Assembly: GCA_002633005.1 (NCBI GenBank)
Contig: NMRA01000577.1
Location: 124,001-188,000 of the forward strand
Source: Phoronis australis
Lineage: Eukaryota; Animalia; Phoronida
Direction of reading: 5' to 3'
DNA length: 64,000 bases
The translations under genes and the position numbers were made by a program. The notes beneath the pieces were generated by a model that ran no database searches, was not told where the DNA came from, and saw only the letters and a program-made list of their open reading frames with translations. Position 1 is the stretch's first letter. Each line of letters starts with the position of its first letter. This document shows positions 50,863 to 64,000 of this stretch, one piece after another.

Positions 50863-53462
50863 AAAACTCAGTCCTTATGTTTTATGACTGAGTAATGACT
50901 AAGGCTGTAATAATCCTTCGTTCGTCAAATTAACAAACTTTCGATCTAGATCCCTTTCCGTTGTAATACTAGCGTAAATTTGTTTCTTGCTCAGATGAGA
51001 AGTTGGGTTTGGAAATATCTGATAGTTCGTTATCGCGTGAAACAATGCTTGGCGCATAAAATGTCTCGCCGTGACAAGCGAACGTGCTGAGTTTGCTTTC
51101 AAGCAATAATACCCAAGCCCAGAAATCACCGATATTTTAAATCAGAAACAAGTTGAGACCAATTTCATCACTGTAAGCGGTAGAAATTAAAAGTTTTTGA
51201 ATGAGGGTACACTTATTCGTTATTTGCGCACTTTGGTGGCGCTGAAAAAATGATTGCTGTGCATTGTTGTTTAGGACACAATGCCTCGTTTTGGTATTAA
51301 TTTGAGCAACGCAAACGTGAAAGCGCGCGTGCTCCAAACGCAAACGCGATCCAGTCTCTGAGTAAGTTTACACTCGCGACGTGGTGTGAGCCGTTCCGAC
51401 GGTACTAAGTTACGCTGGGGATAAAACTGAGCTGAGTTGAGCTGTCTCAAACATGCAATATGAACTCAAAGTTTAAATTTATCATTTTCACATTACATGA
51501 ATATCTCCTAATGCATTACTAACTTTTACCAGTGCATGATTTGTCGTGTCAAATATTGTTTGAGACACCAACAGGTTTTCTTTTCAAGGAGTAAAAGGCG
51601 CTCACGGCGCCGGGAAGAACGAGTTTGTGACCTATCTTTAAAGCAAAATATTTCACATGTCATACCTAGTCAGCTCGCTAAATGTCACTAGTGTATAAAG
51701 TTATTGAGAGACGAGGACGTTTTTGCGTTCCAAACATGCAGAACCCTTGTTGTTTGGACGCAACACCTCGTTTTCAACCACAGTGACGAATTCGTGCAAG
51801 TAGTGAATATCGCTTTTAACTTTGAAAATAACTTAAATTTTAGTGAACGAATGTGTTCGTAATATTTAGCACAAAGAATGAAAAAACAACAGCAAAGAAC
51901 GCTGTAAAGTGTTTACGTAGAGTGTAAAAAAGGTTTTCGAAAACGCTCTAATGTTCATTCGCTTACGTTAGTTTGCCGTAAAATACAAGTAAGAAAAAAC
52001 GTGCTCCTATTTTGAAAATATTTAAAAACACTAACACAAAACTATCGTTTTGAAAGTGCTTGAAAGACGCTCAAGTACTGAAGACTTCCGTTAAATTGAA
52101 ACCTTCTAATGATAGCAGAAGGCATAACTCAACATCAAATGTGAGAGTAGTTCTTGGGGAACTACGGGTAGTTCTTGGGAACTATCCATTAAAAAGCAAG
52201 CTAATAACGTCTCGGGGAATCCTATTTTATTACGTCCAATGAGAATTGAAGCAAACAGAGAGCAATGACGTTATTTTACCAACAGTAAATATTATCTTCT
52301 GCACCTTTTGAAAGATATATGAGGTTCATATTATCAAGGACTTGCATTTACGTTAGCATAGTTTATTAGTTTCATTATAATTATTGGGTTACCGGTAGTC
52401 ACATCATGATTTTATTACGTTATTATGATATCGTGTATTAAATACTATACCGGAAACGCATTCACAAATCCTGACATTATTACTGTTGAAATTATCAGCA
52501 TCGAAGCAGTTTTTGCTTCACGTTATCTTTTCATGTGTGCGAATGATGATGATGTTCAGTTTGGTCGATGTGTTATTTCGGACAGCAATTTTAAAAAAAT
52601 TCTTGCTGGTGTAAATTTCCTTTGTTTATTAAGCGAACAATCCCTAGTCTGGCTATAGCTTGCGGTCTAAGTTATTACTGTATAATCATAAACCCCGAGG
52701 GAGACGTGCACAATCACACTTAATACATATTCATTATTTTGACGTAAAATGAGATAATTTACGTAAGTAGTGTGAATTTTTTCTACTTATGAGCTTAAGC
52801 AGATTTGAAAGAAGTTGCATTACCCTTATTCGTTATTCCGATTCTTCACAAAGATATATGAGATTTCTAGCAATTAAGTAGTCACTCTCAATACCTGAAC
52901 GTGTACGGTATTTTAATTTCATTGCTATTTTTCTTTCCAGGTCCGCATTTTGATATTCCACTCAAATATGCGTAATTCCATACCCGAAATTTTTTTAAGT
53001 TCATCAATTTAGAAAAATGATGAATATTTAGTCTTTTTCGAAACAAAACAGTGAGCACTATAAGGCTATAAGAATAAAAAGTAAAAAAAAAACTCGAAAT
53101 TAAAACATCGAAGTTAAAATCACTGCTTAGCGAGCCCTGAATTTCACAGCACGACGACTGGAACTTCTTTCACTGTTGAACTGTGAGACAGTGGTTATCG
53201 ATCCACGCTTGTTGAATACAGATTCGACTCCTACTGAGCCCTGCGTAACGACCGTGCATGTGAAGAGAAAAATAACTTTAGTGCAACGACGTCAGGGACG
53301 GAAGCCAGAGGAAGGACTCAGTTGCCGAAAAAGGGAAATAAAGCGCCCTTTATATCTGTCCAATGTCAACCTCCCTGTGGTAGTAGTGATCTTGCTGAAT
53401 GTTGTTAGTATGACGTAGTTCTAACTTTCACTTCGACGGTTTTTCAGGTCGCAATTAGTCGC

Positions 53463-53497
53463 GGCTTCAGTTTTGCAAAATTTGCAAAACTGAAGCC
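53463..53497. repeat. 35-bp perfect palindrome (17-bp arms, 1-nt spacer)
   Basis: ggcttcagttttgcaaa-a-tttgcaaaactgaagcc. Confidence 0.85.
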
Positions 53498-56400
53498 TCA
53501 TTTAATGAGGTCTGCCTATCACAAATTTTGTCTACGACTTTCTGCACAGCAAAAAAATCTCGTCTCATCGTAGGAAGCTGAAGAAAATGCCTCGCAATAA
53601 TGTGGGCATTTGTGATGGCTTTGAATTACATGGTGTCATTGGTAATTTCGCCGTTGTTAAAATAATACGCCTCTTCCTACGTCTGAAAACAATGTCATGT
53701 CAAATAACACAATTCCGTATGTCACAAATGCCACTAAGGTAATACGGTCGAATTTTTGTCTTAGCGAATTTGGTGTCTTAGTATAAACGAAAACACGCTG
53801 ACAATTCACGAAAAAAAAATCTTCAACATAACGAAAATAATTTTACGGTTTCTTAATTGACTAAAAAACCTGCAGCTGAATAAACGCAAAGTTTGTTATC
53901 TTTCACCACGTGCTCATTGCTGACGTAATTTGATACGACTCAAGTTACGAAATAAAAATGAAACCAAAACGACAATAATCTCGCCGAAAATCCACCTTAA
54001 CATGATTCCTTAACTATCCAATAGGGTGCGCGACCATTAGGTAGCTCAGGCACACTCCGGCTGAGAATGATCCTGGGCGTGGATTCACGCTCGCTACTGG
54101 AGGGTCCGACCCGTTAGATCTACAAATGAGACAAACTGAATGGCAGATGTGCGCGCGTTGATAATTTTGACAATTGGCTCTTGAATGGTTTCATTATCGG
54201 GTCGTAATATCAAACAGATGAGACACGCCGGATCTTCTTGTTTAGTAAATACGCTTATACAATCGCTCACTAATAGCGATGCGTGCTCCAATTCACGGTA
54301 AGCCGGTTTTTAGTTACTTTCAACTCAATCAAACAAAGCGTAAATTCTGTGCAAAAACGGTTCTAGGCAGTGATTTATCAAATGTGATTCGTCGCCCATG
54401 CTGATAACATTAAGCCACAGAAAACAACAGTGCTAAAGTGTAAAACTAACTTACGCCATCCTTGCAGGTTTGCCAACGGGAGAAAAAACAGCCAATAATA
54501 CCTTTTGCACTCTTTTAACTCTGAGCAATTCAGCGTGCTGCCCACGAGCCAAAACAGTGATTAGTTACAGAACTCTTAAGCGGTCTCTAATGAAAAGCCA
54601 GATCACGTCTTGATACTGTTGAGCAGAGCATGTAAAATTTATATCATTCACCGCTGACGGCGCCGCTAAATCAAATCCCTCCTTTTGACCACGTGACGTT
54701 GCAAGACTGGTGTGTAATTGGCTTACGGTTATAGCTTGTGCCAGCAAAAAGTTAGGAGTATAAATTACACCCGAGGAAGGTGACGATGGGCTAATGTACA
54801 GACAAAATATCTTATAAAAACTGATCGTTAGGCAGACACCGTGTTATGATAGATTGTACACAATAGATTACCTTCACACATCTGTATGTATGTTAGTTTG
54901 TGCAAAGAAAAATTCTTTTTAACCGAATAACCTTCTAGACTAGTAGCCGTAACTAACAGGAGCAAAAACGAAAAACATTGTCAGACTAAAACAAAAAGTA
55001 AGTAAGTTAATACCAGGTTATTTAACTCGCAAGAGGCGTGTTTTCACTGTATTGCATAATACACTGACTTTTGGTACGGCAAAAAGGTACATGTATTTCT
55101 TTTAGGGACTAAAATGATGGGTAGAAAATGACAGTCGAAAACATTCGACTGAAACATGATGTCGTAAGACACTTTCATAAACGATACGAAATAAATATAA
55201 AGATTATGAATTTGAAAATTCCGTACTCACTAATAAACATATCGGCTAATTGTTGAACGAAACACTTTTTGAAGTTATGAATTGTCATGGCAATAGCGCG
55301 CTCTTTTGACGTTGTTTGCGTTCACATGGCATTTTGATTGCCAAGATAAAATCGAAATTACGGTTCATTTTTTCATTTTATTAACAGCGGTTCCAAACTT
55401 GAATAACTTGTGATCATGACTACTTACTAAGTTCTGATGTGGCTTCAAATCCCATACAAGCAATTTTACGGTAACACTTGCCAAAAATAATTATTCGCAA
55501 ATTCATAAGAGTAAAACAAAAGCTCTAATACACGTCATAAGCAGGTTTATATGCCCTAAATAAGTAGATAACAAACACTTCTATTAAAGTAAAATTAATC
55601 TAGGTTTGCCTGAGAGTTTTCAACTGAATTATTCTATTTAGACAAAGTTCGACCAGTTTTGTAAGCAGCTTTTAGGATTCAAAGTATCGTACAAACTACA
55701 TTCAAAATGTCTGAGTGCACGCTTGAACGTATATTCGGTCAAAAATTATTATTGCGCAACATTTAATATCATATCGTCTTGGACGACTTGACAGGTGGGC
55801 ATTTAAAGCATAAATTAAAAACAAGTATTTATTTGACCAGTTCATTCTAAGGTTACAACGGAAAAATAAGCTTAGAACGGAAGTGCTTAAATAATTACAT
55901 TCTTCATTAGTGGTTGTGTCCCGAGATTTTGCGGCTGTTGAAAACATTTTATTTTTACAATTCCACGAGGTAACATGAACAGTTTGGTCACCACAGTTGA
56001 GCGAGGCCAATGTTGGAATCGCGATTTGACAAGATAAGTCTGGTCCCCATAAAGTAAAGAGTCGCAGTCGCGGTCTTTTCAAAGGTTGTTGCATATGTTA
56101 TGGTAAGTTGCAGCGAATTGCAATAGTCACCAGGTGTCTGTACACATCAAGTTGTAACAAGTTATTATACTAGCAGATAATTAGCCTATTCTATTATACA
56201 ATGGCTGCGGGGACCTGCGAATTTGCCCCTTAGAACGTTTTCCTGGACCAGCCTGTTAACTGACCGGCACACGAGTACACAGCACCGCATTGATTTACCA
56301 GTAACACGAACACCGTGATATCAAACCGCTAGTCCCCGGGGCAGTGGCTGATAAGGCCTAGCCTGCAAGGCGTGCTGACGCTATGTCGGTTCGGTTACAA

Positions 56401-58163
56401 TGCACGCGGCGTCCAGTTACGAGACACAAATTTCCTGTGTCCTGCGGGTCCGCGTGATCGCCCTCTCCATCCCCGAATACGCTAGTCGATGTCAATTACT
56501 TCGAGCTAGTTGATGGTACCACTAAAAAGGCACGTTGGCAGAAGTTTTGTTACACTCTTAAACACAACAGGAAATCGAACCAGTGTTTTGGGGTGCATTT
56601 AAATGTACATAAATTTCTTTTTACTGTAAGTATCACTCGGTAAGCCATTCAAGAATGCAAACAGAAATTACAGGCATGAGGTTCTGCAGATGAGATGAAT
56701 GGACTACGACACAAGTAACGGAAATGTTTACTTTTCCGTGCGCTTCTGGGACAGGTCTCCCAAACAGAAAAAATTCAGCAAAATGTAGTCCTTGGATCCC
56801 ATATGTGTCAAAATAGAGTCAAATAAGCAATACTGCCCAAGGCTGCTCGTTTATAATACTCGCATTCTATATTATTTCACACGTTTTATTACGTAACAAT
56901 GAGTCCCTTGAAATGCAAAGTTACACACTGCTTACTAGTTGAATACAAGCTTCCACAAACTAGTATCAAAAAGGATTAGTAGGGTTTTTATCTTATTTTA
57001 ACTGAGCTGGTCAAGAAAACTTCAGCTTGAAATATTAGATAATCTCTTTTGTCATCCTCGCAGACCCCAATAACAGTCCATTCACTTCCACTGAGTTACA
57101 TCTGAATTTGTATCTAATTTTTTGAACGGCTTATTCTAAATACCTTCTGATACGAAGAATGGGTAAGCGTTCAGCGTCGGCAGTTTTAAAAGGGGATTTG
57201 AACCAATGCAAGTTTTTCAAACTCCAACAATCCCTTTTTAGATCAACGTCTCAAGTCTTCATTTTCGACGCCCGCCGATTGCCCTGTCATTCGAAAGAAT
57301 CAGAGATACAGTTCCCTCGGCTATAGACCATCAAATTCGATTTAACTCGCTCACTGAAGGGATATCAATGTTCAAAACGGCCACTAAACGTGTTGGACTT
57401 TAAAAAGGTTTGAAAACGGCTATGTAATAGAAATCAGTAGAAGTCGTCCCAAACAACTAGTATATTTGGCGCATGTACAACGCGTTAAAGACATGTTACG
57501 GGTTGTAAACAATGAAGAAATAAACGATAAAGTTTTTGCAATGCGTGAATGTTGCATTTTTACAAAGAAGTTCCACGAAGGTTGGCAATTACCTTATTAT
57601 AAGAAGACTTTCAAATGAATTGGTGCAACGGTGAAGGAGAATACGAAGGTGGAGATTTACGGTAAAGGTTGAAAATAATCTTTAAAAAGCGAAAAATTGC
57701 CGCCTTTGAGTAGGCAATAAGAAAGTGAGACGTACCCCCCGGAACATAACTTTTTGAAGTGCCCAGTGTTACTGAAAGCGTAGAATTAAAAAATCGGGAC
57801 ACGCGTAGATTTCAACTGCCACACTTGATTTACTATAATTTTGCATCTTTTCAGAAGTAGTTGCAGCTCTGAAACAAAGTACGAGCATATATTCCGAAGA
57901 TGGCACGTTTTAACTTTTCTAGTACCCCAAATATAAGCTAGGGGGCGCAGGGAACTAAGAAACGGAAAAAGTGATGTCAACCATATCGACATGGAATACA
58001 AGCTCATGGATCCATGTTTTGGGGGGGGCTGCTCCATTAATGTGCTATGTCCGGTACGGAACTCACCGTCTCAAGGTTTCTGTTCAGCTTGAAGTTGCGC
58101 CAGGGATACTAATTGTCCGCAGGAGTGTGCAGTTAAGTTTTGAACAAAATCAAGAAATTCTGT

Positions 58164-59128
58164 GTTTCCACTTTTCCTCGGTGTAAAGTAGAGCTGCCCT
58201 TTAATTATTCTTTTGAGGAAGTAGGCCATTTTAAGCGTATCTGTTTAAGTTACATTGAGAGCTGCAATAGGCGAGTCAAAATGACTAACTTCAAAGTAAA
58301 CTGAAAACGAAATCGTTTATAAATTAAAAAATATCACCGATAAGTTCATTCCGACAACAATGTAACCGTAGAAAAAGTCTTAATTTGCCGTAATTCACAA
58401 CTCAATTTTTGCGACTGTTGGAAAATAAAATCAAAACATTCAGCACTCACCATTGTGTGAAACGCGATGTCCCCATATTAACTCATCATACATTTAACAA
58501 TAACGTTGAATTTGAACAGCTCCTCTAAACTGTTTAAGCTACTTCGTGTTGCAGAAATATACTTTGCCTGAAAATCACCTATTTGAATAATTAGCGTGAG
58601 CGTGAATTCCTGGGTAAATTCCTCGCATGAGTGACTGCGCAGCCGNGTTTCCACTTTTCCTCGGTGTAAAGTAGAGCTGCCCTTTTATTATTCTTTTGAG
58701 GAAGTAGGCCATTTTAAGCGTATCTGTTTAAGTTACATTGAGAGCTGCAATAGGCGAGTCAAAATGACTAACTTCAAAGTAAACTGAAAACGAAATCGTT
58801 TATAAATTAAAAAATATCACCGATAAGTTTATTCCGACAACAATGTAACCGTAGAAAAAGTCTTAATTTGCCGTAATTCACAACTCAATTTTTGCGACTG
58901 TTGGAAAATAAAATCAAAACATTCAGCACTCACCATTGTGTGAAACGCGATGTCCCCATATTAACTCATCATACATTTAACAATAACGTTGAATTTGAAC
59001 AGCTCCTCTAAACTGTTTAAGCTACTTCGTGTTGCAGAAATATACTTTGCCTGAAAATCACCTATTTGAATAATTAGCGTGAGCGTGAATTCCTGGGTAA
59101 ATTCCTCGCATGAGTGACTGCGCAGCCG
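58164..59128. repeat. ~480-bp tandem duplication around N at 58646 (likely assembly artefact)
   Basis: 58164-58645 is approximately equal to 58647-59128. Confidence 0.85.
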
Positions 59129-61967
59129 GCTGTAGGTGGTGTTTCTAGTAATCGACCAGTTAACGAACTAGTCTTGCGAAATGGTGTTTAGTGCAAGCGC
59201 ATTAATAATTTGTGTGTCATTGGGTCGGAAATCAGGTTGTATCATTCTCTAGAAAAGTACATTTCGAATGTATCCCCATAAAAGATCAGTCATGAAATTT
59301 CCGTGGTCGAGTTTTCATATTTAGTTCTCTTGCGGGCGCATGATTATAAAATGCCCTTTTGATTGGTGGATTTCTTTTTTTGGTCACCAAAAGTAAAAAA
59401 ACTCCGAGTCCTTTATCCATCATACTTATGCATATAAATAGCAATTTTGCCAAGGAACCGAGAGTGACATACAAAGAATAAATGCACACAACACAGAACA
59501 GAGACCAACAACACCAAAAGAGAGATTTAAAGACATCAGCGACATCTTGCTACGAATTTTAAACTACCGCTAAATTTACAACGCAATTTCCAAGGCAGCA
59601 AATTTGAAGATCCGCCTGCTTTATGACTCTTCTATCCATGTGGTTAGCAAGCTGTGGCAGTATTTTTTTAAAAATTTTCGATATAGTCTTCGCTTTATTT
59701 CGGCATAATGTCTCTAGGACTAAAAGTCGCACTTTGCTGAATTTAGCATGTCGTCACAAAATGTCCATAGCAACACTTAAAAGACGTAAAACAAATAATC
59801 CTAATAATTAAAACATCACAAAATCAGCCCTGTCTTCTGACAAAAATCTCTATACACTATCCGTGACAAATCAGCACCCAATAGTAAAACTGCTTACCGA
59901 CTCATATCACAAAGTTCTTAATTCGTTGTCAAATCCGTTGATTTTGACATCAGTGCAAAGCCAACAACAATATCCGATCAGAGACTGGTACCAACTGATC
60001 CAGTGTGCACTGGCGCTAAACCGCCTAACCTTACGCCACGCGGTTCGACTCCTCCCTAAGTCAATAACCCCCGGATTTTTGCTGAGAGAAGCTTGTGGAC
60101 GAACGTTGCAAGCGTTAGTTTTATTGTTTTTACCAAATTCAAATATCGAAGAAGCTCAGGTGGTCGTAGCAGGTTTCTTGAATTATCATATCCTGTTTCT
60201 TGTTAGCTCGACGCCTGCCGTCCAGATGTTCGTCTGCTATACTTTAACTCTCCATTGCGTCCATTCATCTGCGAATGGATCCGGGCGCAACAGTCACGTG
60301 CCCCGCCGGAGCACACAGAGGCGAATTTATGGGGGAATTTATTTCGCGTTCTGCTGAAAGGAGTTTCCCGCGGCATTTCATGAACTGTAATGGCGTAGTT
60401 TACTTAGTTGCCAATTTGGCAAATATAGAGAAATGTATTCATGAGTATTGACCATTCACTCTGATGTGGCCATTCAGTGAAATTGATAACAAAGTACTGT
60501 TTAGAAATTGAATAAACCACGGCGAACACACGTAAAAAGGTTTAGATGTCCTTCTGTTCAATAGCTTCAACTAGCATTATAGCTATTAATGGTTAAATAC
60601 TCATCGGGAAGCGACGAGATCTTTGGGGAATGTGGGTGTATGTATAACCTCGTTATGACTGAACCAAGGCGTCCATTGGAATAGATTAGAAAATTCGATT
60701 ATTTACCGTTAGGTGTTTCAGTTCAAAGTACCTCGAAATGAGAACAGATTACGGCCAAGTCTTCGAAAGGTTATATTTGAATATGAAACTAAAATCATGT
60801 TTCTATTTCACATGCAAGTAGTGTAAAAATGCTGCGCAGTCCTAAGAAGACTGTAATATTATCCAACAGTACGCATCGGTGCCCGGTGCAAGTGTGTATC
60901 AACCAAGCATGGTACACTGGGTCGATTCAAAACATTTCCAAAATGTCATGGATAAATCAATGTCCGTTAACGACATTTCACATCACCAGTGTTCAACCGA
61001 AAGTTCCTAAGGTGCAGAACTGTGATTGGCGCTCTATCAAGGAGTTGGTGCGTTTTTGTACCTCTTCAAACTAAAATGGGCTACAAGTCAAGGTCGTCTG
61101 TGAAAAAAGCTGTTCCGTTATACAATCCAAATACAACAGAGCTAAATGAAACAGACACAATTTCAATTTTGAATGAAATATGCGATTTCCATTAAATTTC
61201 TTCCAGAAACTGATTCCAGCCGAGTGCTGTTCCGGCTCTTTTCCGGCTTGCGTAGTTTTCAAGTCGACAACAAAGAAATTTTAAAGTATTTAAATAAATT
61301 GTGGCGACTCCTATGGCCCGGCCTATAGAGCATACATGGTTACATGAACGGTTAAGAAAATGTGAGAATGTGAACGTGCAGAAAGGGGTCTCCTACGTCG
61401 TTGTATTTTACAAGTATGTTTATTTTGCAAAACGTTAAGCAGGCGGTTAGAAAGTGCGTGTTAACGTGTGGCAAATCTTGGTCAAATGTGATTTTTCATT
61501 TCACTGAAATCTTGTTGTAATTGAATTTGAGTATACTAATGTCATGTCTATTGGATTAACTGAATGTGTGTTACTGCGGAAATTTTGCTTTAAATGTAGT
61601 TGTGCAAAATAGGCCTACGGCTCCGTCCCCTGCTTTCCATTATGCGTATCAAAAGTAAATGCTTTTCAATCCACTCTGAGTTAAGCTCCGAAATGAAAAA
61701 AATGAAGTTGTATACTAGAGCCTAAAAATTCCAAAAGATCTTGGCATCCATAAAAGTTACTCTCGATACGTACTGACCGTACAATATCTGTTGAAATGCC
61801 CAAGGTTCAGTGGCGTACCTGGGAATTTTTTCCCTCGGGGCGGAAAATAATGGTATCCAGGCCCGTAGTAAGATAAAGCTTATTGAGTACAGACGTTTGC
61901 ATGACGATTGTCACAAATTTCTGAGTTATATTTCCGCGATCATCACCAAATTCCTCTGACTCCCCAC

Positions 61968-62600
61968 TGTACCTTTCTGCGCGTTGACATATTCTTGATC
62001 AACGCGTAGTTTTGCCCAGTCAACGCATAGTTTTACTTAATCAACACGTAGTTTTACTTAACCAACGCGTACTTTTAGTTCTTAAAAGATCATCCTTCTG
62101 CTTTTAATCAACGCGCACTTTTGCTTAAACGCGTAGTATCGTTTAATCAACGCGCACTATAACGTATAGCCCAATCATGCCGGTGCTCTCAAATCTCAAA
62201 TTAGCGGAAGACATCCTTCATGGGTATATGGCAACTTTTAAGGAATGTTGCAGATTATGACTGCAAACTTGTCTTTGATTGGCCATAATGAATTCATAAT
62301 TCAGTGCCTTGATTAAGTAAAACTACGCGTGGATTAAGCACATTTCAGCGCGCAAAAAGATACTCGTCTAAGAACCCTTTGGCACTTTATACTATATGAA
62401 CTGATTTAAAGTAGGCGTCGTCGATTAAGTAAAAGTAGGCGTCGATTAAGCAAAAGTGTGCGTTGAACAAAAGCAGAACGATGGTCGTTTAAGAACTAAA
62501 AGCTCGCATAAGTATGCATTGATTAAGCAAAAGTACGCGTAGATTAAGCACATTTTTACGTGCAGAAAGGTACTCGTTTAAGAACCCTTTGGTGCTCCAT
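61968..62600. mobile_element. Foldback-like element: inverted arms built from ~21-bp subrepeats
   Basis: Left arm has repeats of tcaacgcgtagttttacttaa and the right arm has gattaag(c/t)aaaa(g/c)tacgcgt; the ends gtacctttctgc / gcagaaaggtac are inverted. Confidence 0.7.
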
Positions 62601-64000
62601 AGCTTACTGAAGGCACAGAATTGTTAAATCTACGCGATGAAATGGTCATAGTACGAAGGATAAGCATCTTACGGTACACGTGCCTATAATTAGTACGCGT
62701 ACTTCATTTCGGTATGCGTACTGAATTGTGTTCAGACAAAGGTTACGCGCGTATAGGATCAAGAAGGCTCCCCAGAATCTTACTAATAGTAAATGGCTCC
62801 TATCGATCAACTGGAATTCGTTGGTGCCATAACACTCTTGTAGGGTTAGGGTATGCGCACTGCTTATAGATACCTGTACTATAATATTTTAAACAGTTTT
62901 CGTCAAATGACGGTTTGTGTGCACAGAATGGCCAAATCTGCGCGTTTATTAAGCACATTTTAAATCGTAGAAAGTAAACAGCTTCAGGCCGCTTTGGCGC
63001 TTCATACAAATTTGTCTCGACTGCCAGACCAAAACAATACTAATATAGCACACCATAATTCTAAGAAGTTAGGACGAAACGGTCAACCAAATGTTCGATA
63101 CCACTTCACATTCTGAACACTCGAATTATGTCTCCGAGTTGTTTCATGCCTGTGCACATGCGAACTTTAATCGGAACAGCAAATGAAGAATTTGTTCAAC
63201 TGACGGTTTAACATCATGACTATCAGCCCAGAAATGGCAGGTTAGGGGTATCCTGGGACATACGACAAGAGAGTCACATGACTTGCTGTAACAATTGAAG
63301 TACGCACATGCGCAGATATGAAGCATCTCAGAGGGATAATTTTAGGCTACGTCCTTCTGGATGTCCACTATCATCAGTGTTCGCCCGAGAATACGTTTGT
63401 GCTTCAATCAGCGCAATTAAGCTAAGGAAAGTGCATATTGAGTTATTGAGTCACTTTGGATAACATGTAAGAATAAGATCAAAGAAATTATCGGTTTCAT
63501 TTCTTTTTTACATGTTCCTGTATTTCCATAGATAAATGCACCACCTGCTTTGTCTCATTTTTCAATATAATTTATGCGTAGTTCTGTTCTAGTGTATGAT
63601 TTCTGGACTGTTTTCACGGATTCCAAGAAATTAAAATTAACCCAAAAATTGTGTATCGGTCTACAGGGTTTGGAAGTGTCGGACGAACATTGTTATCAAA
63701 GTGTTGAAATAAACCCATGGTCAATATGTAGTACTTTTCGATATTGTCACCTCAGTTTAGCGAGATGCAAGTATTTCCCGAAGATATCAAACCGAATGTC
63801 AGTAATGTATTTGTAAGGAATGCTTAAATATCTGCACATACCAACTACAGAGAAAGCTAGCTATCTAAATTCTCAAAAAATCAATATCCAGTGAAAACTT
63901 TAATTGGCACAATGGGGTCTTTCAATGCAAGGGAATTTAGAGTTTTGCGTGTTTTTAAGGACTCACCATAACTTAAACTATCTTGCTGTGTTTGACAGAC

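Noticed and set aside
59863-60357. 164-aa + strand ORF
   Set aside because: GTG start, no recognisable domain and no supporting splice structure

Overview
Intron-rich, AT-rich eukaryotic (animal, most likely invertebrate) genomic DNA from a draft assembly; there are no prokaryotic features. Spliced models built by hand from GT/AG sites and phase continuity give: (1) the 3' part of a + strand gene with a Pro/Ser-rich, NPF-containing, PDZ-ligand-ending tail (to 7276); (2) a complete 11-exon ZCCHC4 rRNA m6A methyltransferase (- strand); (3) a 4-exon JmjC/cupin (JMJD8-like) gene (+); (4) an unusual locus with two paralogous acidic first exons followed by two paralogous Cys-cluster plus Arg/Ser/Lys-rich, protamine-like terminal exons (order A1-A2-B1-B2, all phase 2), the first-exon pair being bracketed by a ~630-bp inverted repeat; (5) a complete 7-exon ASMT-like O-methyltransferase (-). 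Also present are two minimal type I hammerhead ribozyme motifs, a 77-bp perfect palindrome with a 9-bp target-site duplication, several MITE families, a tRNA-derived SINE, a LINE 3' remnant, and four tandem duplications centred on single N bases that are probably unmerged haplotypes. Coordinates were counted by eye, no database searches were run, and repeat boundaries are approximate.
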